A stretch of DNA of 38,718 nucleotides from Candidatus Thorarchaeota archaeon. Lineage in GTDB: Archaea; Asgardarchaeota; Thorarchaeia; Thorarchaeales; Thorarchaeaceae. The DNA is taken from assembly GCA_003345595.1 (NCBI GenBank), contig PRDI01000123.1:1-38718 (forward strand), given 5' to 3'. Shown here piece after piece: positions 1 through 9,474 of the stretch; the first letter of the stretch is position 1; every line of letters begins with the position of its first letter. A program made the position numbers and the translations under genes. Below the pieces are notes generated by a model. It was not told the DNA's origin. It worked only from the letters and a program-made list of their open reading frames with translations, and ran no database searches.

Positions 1-41
1 ATCTGGGAACTCGCGGAATTCGAAGCACAGGGCGGAGAGCT

Positions 42-2051
42 TTAATCATGTGAAGTGGCGAGGAGGGTATTCTCGCCGTGCCAGGGTTTCAATAGTCCTA
101 TTGAGTAGCCGTCTGACGGTGTGTCATGTATTGAGTTCAAGAACGGGTATCTGACACGATGCCTTGACGGCACGGACGCATGCTTCAGCTGCACCAAGTA
201 GAGGATCAGCACTCCGACAATTACTGCCAGCGATCCAATGAACACAATCGACCCAACCTGTGAAATAAAGCTGGGAAATCCCTGCTCTATGTTCCCATCG
301 GCAGTGGTCTGGTTACGAGCACTAGGAGCCGGGTCAACGACTCTGCATCTATAGAAGTAGTATGGATTGTAGGTTTGCTCGCAGAACTGACCTTGAACAT
401 ACTCAGACACGTTGAACGGTCCCGAAGTCACCATCTCTTGAGCAGGTGGTTGTACGCCTGATATGTTCCAGTTAGCTGCACCAATCGACTCAAAGACGTG
501 CTCAGGAATTATTGGCATGTAACCGATGGTGTGCAGATGCCAGTATGATTCAGTCGCGAACTCGACGACCAGTTGGTACTTGTTTGGGGCATACGCTGCA
601 GTCAAGTCGGCCAAGTCTGCTCCGTACGGGTTGCCCGGAGCCTCTCGGTAGAAATTGATTGTGAACGAAACGTCTTCAGCCGTTAGGTTGAATCGATCGG
701 TCCAGCTAGCGTTTCGGATCAGATTGAATACGAATCGAGTGTGGCCTTCAGGCACATCTGGGTTGTCACTGTGCGTTTCCGTGAAATACGACTCAGCCAG
801 CCACATCATGTCCCGACCACCGGGGTCACGCTTGATAAGGCTGTCATACAGCTGGTCCAGCACGTTCATCGTATATCGGGAACCGGTGGCCATGAAGTTG
901 AACGTATCAATGTCCATTGAATTGCTCAAGCGAAAGGTCGCACCAAATGGGCCTCCTAGAGATATCTTCAGATGCACCTTGAACTTCGTCCACCAACCGG
1001 GGATGCCATCATCGACCTCGTTGACTTGACCCTCGAACCTGTCAGTTCGATATGCAGACAGGAAGACGTTCTCATAGAGGACTATCACGGGGCATTGGTA
1101 AAGCAGTATCTTCTGCATCTCGGTTGCGGCTTCGTAGACCTCGTCGTAGTCTGTAGAGTGAAGCAGCTGATCTCTCCAAGAGTCGTATGAAGCATTTTCA
1201 AACTGCGGGAGGTTCCAGTATCTCTCCCCGGCGTAGCTGGACCAGTACTCATACGCAAGCCAGTCTACGTCCATAGTGGTGAAGCGTGTATGTAAGAACA
1301 TCATGTCGTAGTCTATGTCACAGCATTCCCATGACGGCCAGTCGAAGAAGGGACCTAGGGAGGACGCGTTGAGGTGCAACCCTCGAAGCCCCTCGAGGAA
1401 TACCTGTCGGACTTCCTCGAAAATGCTAGCGAATACTGTCGTTCCCACAACGACATCGAAATTGCTGCCGTCTGGTGCCTCCCGAAAGCCGTCGCTGTCG
1501 GTATCTAGGAATCCCATTTCATCAAGTAGCTGATTCCCGAGTGGCACATTCGCTTTGTAATATGTGTAGGGCGAATTGCCTTCGATGGAGAATGGGTTCG
1601 CTCTTGGGATGACAGAATCTAGGGGAACAGAAAGCCCGTCCCATACTTCGCGAGAAATTCTCTCTTTATCTACCCCAAAAGCTACTGCCCTTCTGAAGCC
1701 AGTGATGTTGAACGGGTATCTCCCTGTGTTTATGGCTACATAGCCATACGAGTTCATGAATGTCTCTGTTACCTCGATATCCTCTGCCTCCATCAGGCGG
1801 GAAAGATAAGTCGGACTGACTGAGTCGCCGATGGCGTCGATTTCGTCATTGAGCAGTGCAAAGACTTGCTCGTCGCTGTTGGGGATAACTTTGAAAATGA
1901 GCTTGTTGATGTACGGCCCAAGCTTGGTGCTCTCAGGCAGAGATTCAACGCACGGTGCGGGCACTGCCTCTAGGCTGACCAAGAGCACAGCCACTGCCAA
2001 CGCTGCAACTACACAGCGTCTAATCCCGAAGCTCTGAGCCAACGATAACAT
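42..2051 (-). CDS. ABC transporter substrate-binding protein, family 5 (OppA/DppA-like), apparently circularly permuted, with C-terminal membrane anchor
   Basis: Hydrophobic N-terminal signal-like segment. Family-5 motifs FRRAVAFGVD, LYDSLIKRD..LAES, LTAEDVSFT and TSGPFNVSEY..NPYY. C-terminal TM helix (VGSIVFIGSLAVIVGVLILYLV). Confidence 0.9.
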   Translation of the reverse strand: MLSLAQSFGIRRCVVAALAVAVLLVSLEAVPAPCVESLPESTKLGPYINKLIFKVIPNSDEQVFALLNDEIDAIGDSVSPTYLSRLMEAEDIEVTETFMNSYGYVAINTGRYPFNITGFRRAVAFGVDKERISREVWDGLSVPLDSVIPRANPFSIEGNSPYTYYKANVPLGNQLLDEMGFLDTDSDGFREAPDGSNFDVVVGTTVFASIFEEVRQVFLEGLRGLHLNASSLGPFFDWPSWECCDIDYDMMFLHTRFTTMDVDWLAYEYWSSYAGERYWNLPQFENASYDSWRDQLLHSTDYDEVYEAATEMQKILLYQCPVIVLYENVFLSAYRTDRFEGQVNEVDDGIPGWWTKFKVHLKISLGGPFGATFRLSNSMDIDTFNFMATGSRYTMNVLDQLYDSLIKRDPGGRDMMWLAESYFTETHSDNPDVPEGHTRFVFNLIRNASWTDRFNLTAEDVSFTINFYREAPGNPYGADLADLTAAYAPNKYQLVVEFATESYWHLHTIGYMPIIPEHVFESIGAANWNISGVQPPAQEMVTSGPFNVSEYVQGQFCEQTYNPYYFYRCRVVDPAPSARNQTTADGNIEQGFPSFISQVGSIVFIGSLAVIVGVLILYLVQLKHASVPSRHRVRYPFLNSIHDTPSDGYSIGLLKPWHGENTLLATSHD

Positions 2052-2210
2052 CCCGAATGCCCTTCAGTACGCTCACCATTGGCTACAGGTCAAATAAAGA
2101 GATATTGTGCCAAGAAGCACACATGTGATAAGGAAGGAGATAGAAACGCCCGTTGAACTCAGTCAAGTGGGCATCCGCCTGAACGTCACTGCGAACAGTG
2201 AGCCGGCCAC

Positions 2211-2540
2211 TTAACCTAGGAGCCAGAAAAACAGGAAAGGAATCAGCGAAACAGCTATGCAGCACAACACTAGGCCTACTGCGGCACAAGCATTGCACTC
2301 AGGCTGAGGCTCTGTGCTGAATCCTCCTGCACCGCCAGCGCTGGGCCGCATACCTGGAAACGGCCCGGCCGCGCCTGACTGACGCTCCTCATCTGAGAGC
2401 GAGAAGGTACCGAACCCAGGGATGTACTCAAAAACCCCGCGGCAGTTTGGGCACCTCATTCTGATCGACTGGTCATACTCTCCTGAGGGTTGAGAACTGA
2501 TTGGTGCACCACAGTAAGGACAGGTGGGTTGGTCAGACAC
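2211..2540 (-). CDS. Small Zn-ribbon protein with C-terminal transmembrane helix
   Basis: CPYC...CPNC Zn-ribbon, Gly/Pro-rich linker and a Cys-rich hydrophobic C-terminus. GTG start preceded by GGAGTGA on the minus strand. Confidence 0.75.
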   Translation of the reverse strand: MSDQPTCPYCGAPISSQPSGEYDQSIRMRCPNCRGVFEYIPGFGTFSLSDEERQSGAAGPFPGMRPSAGGAGGFSTEPQPECNACAAVGLVLCCIAVSLIPFLFFWLLG

Positions 2541-2677
2541 TGTGTTTCACTCCTCGCCATACTCATGGCCAAATGGCGAATGAACTGTGATACATGAATG
2601 CATTTGCCGTTATATGCATTCGGCATGGTGTATTCATAGGCAGTACTCTTATACCTGTGGACCACTCGGCCGTAGTC

Positions 2678-3304
2678 ATGTCGACTGCTGAAGGGAGCAA
2701 GAAGCCCGTGACCACTTTCATGGTAGGTTTCCTAGGCCCGCTTGTTGCCATTGTGTGCATTCTGATAGCTATCTTCATTTCACCATGGTTCTCATGGTCA
2801 GACAACGCGCTGAGTGACCTTGGCAACTATAACAATGGCATAGCTGCGGCTGTCGTGTTCAATGTGGGACTCATTGTCACAGCCGTCTTGATGCTGTACT
2901 TCACCGTGACTCTTCTGAGGGCGCTGAAGGACTGGCCAACAAGAATCGGTTTGATCATTCTGGTGGTTTCCCTCGGCTTCCTTGCCAGCATCGGAGTGCT
3001 CTCCGAAAACTTCGGTAGTCTGCACTTCTACGTTTCAGCCGGATTCTTCCTCCCCTTCCCCTTTGCAATGTGGATTATTGCCATCTCTTGGCTCAGGTAC
3101 AGGAAACTCTGGTGGTTCTGTCTGGTCTCCTTCCTGCTGCCCTTCGTGTCGCTCTACATGTGGACTTCCTACTTCGGAGGTACCCTGCCTTGGACTGGGG
3201 TCGCGATACCGGAAATCGTGACTTCGGTCACGGCGATTGGCTGGATATGGGTCATCAATCTTCTGCATAAGTGGGGATTGCTGAAGCAAATAACCAGACA
3301 ATAG
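2678..3304 (+). CDS. DUF998-family integral membrane protein
   Basis: SPWFSWSDNALSDLG motif, FNVGLI, LHFYVS and AIPE; about 6 TM helices. Start moved to ATG 2678 (MSTAEG) because the ORF extension from 2594 covers the divergent promoter region. Confidence 0.85.
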   Translation: MSTAEGSKKPVTTFMVGFLGPLVAIVCILIAIFISPWFSWSDNALSDLGNYNNGIAAAVVFNVGLIVTAVLMLYFTVTLLRALKDWPTRIGLIILVVSLGFLASIGVLSENFGSLHFYVSAGFFLPFPFAMWIIAISWLRYRKLWWFCLVSFLLPFVSLYMWTSYFGGTLPWTGVAIPEIVTSVTAIGWIWVINLLHKWGLLKQITRQ

Positions 3305-3320
3305 CTGACCCCGAGAGTGA

Positions 3321-3387
3321 GCGCTATCGAGTAGCGCCTAAAATGAGATCCCGCAGTGATGCTTGGAGTGGGATAGTGTCCCACTCC
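3321..3387. terminator. Two stem-loops in a convergent intergenic gap
   Basis: GCGCTA-N5-TAGCGC (3321-3337) and GGAGTGGGA-N5-TCCCACTCC (3365-3387) lie between converging stop codons. The terminator role is inferred. Confidence 0.45.
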
Positions 3388-3403
3388 TCAACATCGGGTG
3401 ATT

Positions 3404-4708
3404 CTATATTAGCTGGTCAAGCAACTGCAGCAGCTCAACGACTTCAAGGTCTGAGCCGGGCAGCTTCTTGTGTGACAGTGCTTCCTCTTCTTTCAAAGCT
3501 TTGATGCCATCGCTCAGGTTGGTCACACAGAATGGACACGATGTCAGAAGGACTTGTGCTCCAGTCGAGGCCGCCTCCTTCAGGCGCTCCTTTGCTGTCG
3601 CCAACGCCATATCTGGAAACTGTGCTTTCACGCCTCCGCCTGCACCGCAGCAGAAGCTGTCGCCCTTGACTCGATACATCTCCTTGAGCTGTAGAGCCGG
3701 TATTGCCTTCATGACCTCCCGCGGCAACTCGAACCAGGCTTCCTTTGCCTTCTCCGCTGTCCGGGCATCTGTGAGCCAGTTGTTGGAGCGGCTCAGAATA
3801 TCCTTCTCAATCGCAATGCCCACATGTCGGATGCTGTGGCATGGATCATGCCATGTGACTGTCTTGCTGTATGGTTTCGTGATCTTGAGCTTGCCTGACC
3901 TGATATTGTCACGCACGAGCTCCATCGTGTGCTGGACCTTGAATGGTAGCGGCTTGCCGCTTATGCGGGGATAGTCGTTGCGAAACGTCTTGAAGCAGCC
4001 AGCACAGGAGAAGACAACTGTTTCATAGTTCTTGAACAGCTCAATGTTCTTCCTCATGACGTCCTCAAAGATTGCCTTCTGTCCAGTCCTCAGCATTGGA
4101 GACCCACAGCAGACCTCACTCGTCAACACCGTGAAGTCAATTCCCAGCTTCTTCAAGAGACTGGCAGTGTGCTTTGCGATGTGCTGCTGCCTATACGCAC
4201 CTGTGCATCCCACGAAGTAGGCGACCTTCACGTCCTTCCTGTCCTTGGCACCCGCGAACCAGTCAGTACGTTTCTCACGAGGCTCATTGTAAGGATTCCT
4301 CAACAGATCGTTACCGACCATCTCGCCGAACTTCTTGTGTTTTGCCAGTGGTTCGATGCCAGCTTCAATGATGGCTGCCCTGAGAGCCTCAGTGACTGAT
4401 ACTGTATCTATCCGATTCTCGCATTGAGTTTCACAGTTTCCACAGGTCGTGCATGCCTCCACAACCTCAAGCAATTCCTTGCTCGGCTTGATCTCGTTGT
4501 TAAGGAAAGCACGGGCAATCCACTGCTTGCCGGAGTTGAAGTAGCCCTCCCAACCATAGTAAAGACCAGCAGGACAACCCTGGATCATTCCAGTGTACTC
4601 CTCAGTCTGACCCTCTCGGTCTGGTTCGCCTGAGTAGGCATACTGACAAGCGCGGCAGTGTATGCAGCGCGCGTTGATCATTCGTAGGTCTTCAAGAGTT
4701 GATGTCAT
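3404..4708 (-). CDS. (Fe-S)-binding protein, HdrD/GlpC/GlcF-like: ferredoxin-type motifs plus two CCG domains
   Basis: CIHCRAC...CP and CTTCGNCETQC. CCG domain 1: YFVGC, CCGSP, SCAGC. CCG domain 2: WHDPCH, CCGAGGG, SCPFC. Confidence 0.92.
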   Translation of the reverse strand: MTSTLEDLRMINARCIHCRACQYAYSGEPDREGQTEEYTGMIQGCPAGLYYGWEGYFNSGKQWIARAFLNNEIKPSKELLEVVEACTTCGNCETQCENRIDTVSVTEALRAAIIEAGIEPLAKHKKFGEMVGNDLLRNPYNEPREKRTDWFAGAKDRKDVKVAYFVGCTGAYRQQHIAKHTASLLKKLGIDFTVLTSEVCCGSPMLRTGQKAIFEDVMRKNIELFKNYETVVFSCAGCFKTFRNDYPRISGKPLPFKVQHTMELVRDNIRSGKLKITKPYSKTVTWHDPCHSIRHVGIAIEKDILSRSNNWLTDARTAEKAKEAWFELPREVMKAIPALQLKEMYRVKGDSFCCGAGGGVKAQFPDMALATAKERLKEAASTGAQVLLTSCPFCVTNLSDGIKALKEEEALSHKKLPGSDLEVVELLQLLDQLI

Positions 4709-4770
4709 GACAATCCTTTCTCCGTTCCATATTCAATGCATTTAAGCTTCGTTTTGTGGCCGCATCAACC

Positions 4771-6360
4771 TCATTTCTTGACCTGCGGCTTGGTCGGCTT
4801 GCTGACCTTGCTCTCACTGGCCTTTGGTTCCCCGCAGGGATTGGGCAACTTGGTGACCGCTTCCCACGGGATGGCTAGTCTACCCGGATGCAATATCAGA
4901 TTCGGATCCAAGACCTTTCTGAACTTCACCAGCATCTTGTAGTAGTCTTTCGCCAGACTGAAGGTTTCAGGAGCGTGTACAAATGGGTCGGGTCTGTAGT
5001 TCAACCAACCTTGCTTCAGGAATGACTTGGTAGTTTCAAGATTGAACTCTCTGATCTTGTCATAGATACCGGGCTTGGTACTGTCGAAACAGACGATCGG
5101 CATGACAATAGCTTGTCGGCCATGGTCGATTGAAGCAACCCACATCGTCGGTGGAAAACCGTACTCCTCCATCTTCGCACAGTACTGCTCCATCATATTC
5201 GCGCTCTCAAGCCATGGGCAGTACCATGTGATGAACAGGAAACCTGCTTCCCAGAGCGCGTACGGAATGGCAATCTTGTTCGGCTTCTTCAGGCGCGATG
5301 CTATCTGCTTGGGGTGAAGGTACTGCTGAGGGCACTTGGTGTTCGCCTTCACCTCGTAGGCCTTGTATATCTCGTCAATCTTCTTGAGCGTGAAGTCAAG
5401 CTCCTCTTGGGACCACGCCCAGATCTCATAATTCATCCAGTACTCTGACATGCCCATCTTCTTGTAGAACTCGTAGTCCAAAGGCACGTTCGTCTTGGGC
5501 CAGCGGGTCAACACAAGCTGCCAGTTGCCACCTTGGACCATCACACATCTGTCGGCAATGCCAAGTTCGTGCTTCGAGACTTCCCAAGTGGGCTTCACGA
5601 TGTCCTCAAAGCTCTCACCACCGTAGGCGACTACCGTCTTAAAATGTGGGTGAGGGACTATCTTGATAGCGGCCTTGGTTATGATGCCCATTGATCCTTG
5701 CGATCCAAGGAACAGACCGTCTGGATTCGGACCGGGACCCCATCTGTAGAAAGGTTTGGCACCCGGGACAGCCCACGAACCAGTCCTGAGAACGTCACCG
5801 GTCGGAAGAACTACCTCAAGGCCCATTATCATGTCGGCCTGTGGACCATACACTCCTGTGACCAGCGAAAAACCTCTCTCAATCGCATCACCTAGGACCG
5901 TGGCCGCTGGCGGCGCTCCATCAGGTATTGGAGGTGCCCACTCAGGATACTTTGTCTTGAATATCCTCCACGCGTCACCCGATTTGAGACCAGGCTCAAC
6001 GACCATTACGCGGTTCTCGACATCGACCTCGAGCCCGTTCATGCGAGTCATGTCCATGTATATTCCGCCAGGTTCGATGGCAGGGAGTGCAAACCCTCCA
6101 CTCAGGCCGCCGGCAGCTGGTGTGACAGGAATGAGATGCTCGTTGGCCATCACCAGAACTCTCGAAACCTCATCTGCATTGGCGGGCCGGATTATGGCCT
6201 CTGGCAGGACAGCCTCCAGACCCATTATTCCCCTTGCCATGTAGCTATGACGCAGTGGTTCACTAGTGGTTACGTACTTCTCGCCGCATATTGCCACCAG
6301 TTTCTTCACAACGTCGTCGGTGACCTTGTTATACAATCGTTTTTCCTCCATTCTCAGCAC
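4771..6360 (-). CDS. FAD-binding oxidoreductase, VAO/PCMH/GlcD superfamily
   Basis: FAD_binding_4 features PEAIIRP, DMTRMN, VVEPG, GLEVVLPTGDVLRTG and GSQGSMGIITKA; C-terminal LDPNLILHPG. Same strand as, and directly upstream of, the Fe-S gene. Confidence 0.9.
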   Translation of the reverse strand: MLRMEEKRLYNKVTDDVVKKLVAICGEKYVTTSEPLRHSYMARGIMGLEAVLPEAIIRPANADEVSRVLVMANEHLIPVTPAAGGLSGGFALPAIEPGGIYMDMTRMNGLEVDVENRVMVVEPGLKSGDAWRIFKTKYPEWAPPIPDGAPPAATVLGDAIERGFSLVTGVYGPQADMIMGLEVVLPTGDVLRTGSWAVPGAKPFYRWGPGPNPDGLFLGSQGSMGIITKAAIKIVPHPHFKTVVAYGGESFEDIVKPTWEVSKHELGIADRCVMVQGGNWQLVLTRWPKTNVPLDYEFYKKMGMSEYWMNYEIWAWSQEELDFTLKKIDEIYKAYEVKANTKCPQQYLHPKQIASRLKKPNKIAIPYALWEAGFLFITWYCPWLESANMMEQYCAKMEEYGFPPTMWVASIDHGRQAIVMPIVCFDSTKPGIYDKIREFNLETTKSFLKQGWLNYRPDPFVHAPETFSLAKDYYKMLVKFRKVLDPNLILHPGRLAIPWEAVTKLPNPCGEPKASESKVSKPTKPQVKK

Positions 6361-6720
6361 GAGGCCGAAAGGTCGAATCGTCGTAAGCGCGCCTTCGCAC
6401 GGCTGAATCCGGCATTTATCTTCATCGGCTCATCGAGCCGAGCTATACTTCAAGGACATCGATGAAACCTGCGACCGCAGTTCCTCCCAGGAAACCAGAC
6501 GCATGACGTTTCTATGAGAAACGGGCAGCTGTCACAGCACCAGTTCAATCTTCGGTGGCTAATCCTGTCTATCTCTTAACGTCACGTCAATACGCCCTGT
6601 CAAACGTGCAATACATTGGGCGACTCGGAAGAGGGAGCGACAGCCAAGGAGATACGTTCCGAGGGCTCGGAAATGAACACCCCTGCAGAGTGTAGGAAGG
6701 AACAGAGAACTAGAAGAACT

Positions 6721-6769
6721 GATTAGAAAAAGGAAGACTGGCGGAGCCGTGGTTGCACCCGGCTCCGTC
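6721..6769 (-). terminator. Hairpin plus U-rich tract downstream of the DUF1059-like gene
   Basis: CGGAGCCG (6742-6749) pairs with CGGCTCCG (6760-6767). On the minus strand it is followed by TCTTCCTTTTTCT and a further pyrimidine-rich stretch. Confidence 0.55.
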
Positions 6770-6819
6770 CCCATTAGTCCTTATGGAAAAGAACGCACGA
6801 CTTGAAGACTTACTGAAGT

Positions 6820-6990
6820 CTATTTCTTGATTGCTTTCATGATCTTGTCCATGGTCTCTTGCGGAACCGGATTGAGACTATGAACACTCCTGGCATGATC
6901 GCCAATCATCTTCAACAGTTCGTCTTGAGTCTTCGCCTTGGCGGTGAAACCGCACTTCATACCAATGTCTTTGCATTTGAAGGATGGCAT
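6820..6990 (-). CDS. DUF1059-family small metal-binding protein (56 aa, not in the ORF track)
   Basis: Manual translation: MPSFKCKDIGMKCGFTAKAKTQDELLKMIGDHARSVHSLNPVPQETMDKIMKAIKK*. It has the C-x-D-x-G-x2-C...H-x4-H pattern, GGAGG upstream and a TATA-like TTAATAA near 7047-7053 on the minus strand. Confidence 0.9.
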   Translation of the reverse strand: MPSFKCKDIGMKCGFTAKAKTQDELLKMIGDHARSVHSLNPVPQETMDKIMKAIKK

Positions 6991-7099
6991 TTTCTTGCCT
7001 CCGTAGCATCGTTAGATGCTGTTAACCATAGTGAATCCTAAACGGCTTATTAACCCTATGTTGCGTACCAAACAGAGCCACCAGTTACAGGGGTGGTAC

Positions 7100-8818
7100 T
7101 CAGAATACCTTGGGTTCGTCCCACTCACCGAAAATGTCCCGCCAGACATCACATATTTCGCCGATTGTGGCATATGCCTTCACTGCATTGACCACATGCG
7201 GCATGACGTTCTCAGTTCCATCCGACGCACGCCTAAGTCCTTCCAGAGCCTCCTGGACCTTCCTGTTGTCGCGCTCATTCCTTATCTTCGACGTGCGTTC
7301 GACTTGCCGCTTTTCGACCTCGGGGTCGATCTTCAGGACGGGAATTGAGACTTTCTCTCCCTCTAGGACATAGTCATTTACGCCAACTATCGTGCGACTC
7401 TTCGTTTCAATCTCACGCTGGTACCGATAGGAGGCTTCAGCAATCTCTTTCTGGAAGAAACCACGTTCGATTGCACGAATCACGCCACCCATAGAATCAA
7501 CCGCGTCGAAATACTTGTAGGCCTCTTCTTCCATCTCGTTTGTAAGAGCTTCCACGTAGTAGGATCCCCCAAGCGGATCAATAGTGCTAGCGGCACCACT
7601 TTCGTAGGCAAGCACCTGTTGTGTGCGAAGAGCCACTCTCACAGCCTCTTCCGTTGGCAGACACAGTGCTTCATCCATGCTGTTCGTGTGAAGTGACTGT
7701 GTACCGCCGAGCACTGCCGCCAGTGCTTGATAGGCGGTTCTTACAATGTTCACCATTGGCTGTTGCGCGGTCAACGAACACCCGGCCGTCTGAGTGTGGA
7801 ATCGCAACCATAGTGACCTAGGGTCTCTGGCTTTGAACCTCTCCTTCATCTCACGTGCCCATATCCGACGAGCGGCTCTGTACTTTGCCACCTCCTCGAA
7901 GATGTCGTTGTGCGCGTTGAAGAAGAAGGAGAGACGCGGGGCAAAGATGTCCACGTCAAGACCCGCATCCATGCCAGCCTTCACATATGTCAAGCCGTTG
8001 AGAAGTGTGAAAGCCAGTTCCTGAACTGCGGTCGAACCTGCCTCCCTGATGTGATAGCCACTGATGGAGATAGTGTTCCATCTGGGAATCTTCTCAGCGG
8101 CATATCCCATGATGTCTGTTATCAGTCTAAGTGATGGAGCGGGCGGAAAAATCCATGACTTCTGTGCCATGTATTCTTTCAGGATGTCGTTCTGGATTGT
8201 GCCACCGATCTGTTCGGAAGAAACGCCCTGCTTTTGCGCATTTACCATGTACATGGCGAGAAGGACAGATGCTGGCGCATTGATTGTCATCGATGTCGTG
8301 ACCTTATCAACGGAGATGCCACTGAACAGGATTTCCATGTCTTTCAGCGAGTCAACTGCCACGCCCAGTTTGCCGACCTCGCCCATTGCCATCGGATGGT
8401 CCGAGTCGTGGCCGAATATCGTAGGCAAGTGAAAAGCGACACTTAGCCCGGTCTGGCCATTGGCTAGCAGAAACTTGTAACGCGCATTTGACTCCTCAGC
8501 AGTGCCCATTCCTGCGAACTGTCTCATGGTCCAAAGGCGTCCACGATACATCGTTGGCTGAACAGCGCGGGTGAAAGGATACTCACTAGGGAAGCCAAGG
8601 TCATGCAGGTAATCCGAGTGCGGGACGTCAAGGGGTGTATAGATCCTCTTCACGGGACGACTCGAGGTCGTCACGAATTCCTTTCTCAGTTCTGGGCTAT
8701 CCTTCAGGTGCTCAGCCAGCGTTGTGGCCTCCCACACTACCTTGGCGGCTCTGAGGGCATCTAGACCAGACCTGCGAGGCTTAGCTTTGCGCTTGGGTTT
8801 TGCCTTCTCGACGACCAT
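7100..8818 (-). CDS. Adenosylcobalamin-dependent acyl-CoA mutase, large (substrate-binding) subunit; isobutyryl-CoA-mutase-type active site
   Basis: [46 protein letters not shown] and [10 protein letters not shown]. No B12-binding DxHxxG domain, so a separate small subunit is needed. Phe and Gln occupy the specificity positions. Confidence 0.93.
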   Translation of the reverse strand: MVVEKAKPKRKAKPRRSGLDALRAAKVVWEATTLAEHLKDSPELRKEFVTTSSRPVKRIYTPLDVPHSDYLHDLGFPSEYPFTRAVQPTMYRGRLWTMRQFAGMGTAEESNARYKFLLANGQTGLSVAFHLPTIFGHDSDHPMAMGEVGKLGVAVDSLKDMEILFSGISVDKVTTSMTINAPASVLLAMYMVNAQKQGVSSEQIGGTIQNDILKEYMAQKSWIFPPAPSLRLITDIMGYAAEKIPRWNTISISGYHIREAGSTAVQELAFTLLNGLTYVKAGMDAGLDVDIFAPRLSFFFNAHNDIFEEVAKYRAARRIWAREMKERFKARDPRSLWLRFHTQTAGCSLTAQQPMVNIVRTAYQALAAVLGGTQSLHTNSMDEALCLPTEEAVRVALRTQQVLAYESGAASTIDPLGGSYYVEALTNEMEEEAYKYFDAVDSMGGVIRAIERGFFQKEIAEASYRYQREIETKSRTIVGVNDYVLEGEKVSIPVLKIDPEVEKRQVERTSKIRNERDNRKVQEALEGLRRASDGTENVMPHVVNAVKAYATIGEICDVWRDIFGEWDEPKVF

Positions 8819-8910
8819 CGGGGGTACTCCTCACTTTGATGACACCTGAACCACTCAGGGTTCGCGATATTAGGTCTTCGATTTGCGGAACTGATTGGGA
8901 GAGCTAGATG

Positions 8911-9474
8911 CTAGAACTCGAATCCCCTACGAGCAGGCACCTTTCTGGAAGAGTAGTAGTGTTTTACCTCTTTCATCTCGGTCACCAGATCGGCCGCCTC
9001 AATGACCTCAGGCCTCGCATACCTGCCTGTCATAATGAGCTCGACACTCTTTGGCTTCATATGAATCAGAGCGAGTTGGTTCTCAATACTGATGAGGTTC
9101 CATTCTACTGCCACATTAATCTCATCTAGTATGAGCACGTCACACTTGTGGCCAGACAAAGCATCGCGCGCCATCGTCAGCCCCTCTTGAGCCATCTTGA
9201 CATCGACGGGGTCAGGGTTCTTCTTGTCAACAAACGTGGAACGCCCGACAGGAACTATACTGAAGTTCGGAATGCACTCTACGCTTCGGAACTCACCGTA
9301 GTTCACATCAGCTCCTCCACTGCGCTCAGCCACCTTGGATTTCATAAAACAGATCATCAGGACTCTCAGACCGTGACCTGCGGCGCGGAGGCCGGCACCC
9401 AAGGCACATGTAGTCTTTCCTTTTCCATTCCCGGTGTATACCTGGACTCTGCCTGCGGTGTCTGGTCGCTTCAA
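8911..9474 (-). CDS. cobO: Cob(I)yrinic acid a,c-diamide / cob(I)alamin adenosyltransferase (CobO/BtuR type)
   Basis: VYTGNGKGKTT P-loop, ILDEI, IMTGR, ADLVTEM.EVKH and RRGFEF. Adjacent to the B12 mutase. Confidence 0.93.
   Translation of the reverse strand: MKRPDTAGRVQVYTGNGKGKTTCALGAGLRAAGHGLRVLMICFMKSKVAERSGGADVNYGEFRSVECIPNFSIVPVGRSTFVDKKNPDPVDVKMAQEGLTMARDALSGHKCDVLILDEINVAVEWNLISIENQLALIHMKPKSVELIMTGRYARPEVIEAADLVTEMKEVKHYYSSRKVPARRGFEF

Noticed and set aside
6742-6767. Hairpin as a possible SECIS element (Asgard archaea can encode selenoproteins)
   Set aside because: It is too short, lacks a recognisable SECIS core, and no neighbouring gene shows an in-frame TGA at a Cys position. 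A terminator is the simpler explanation.
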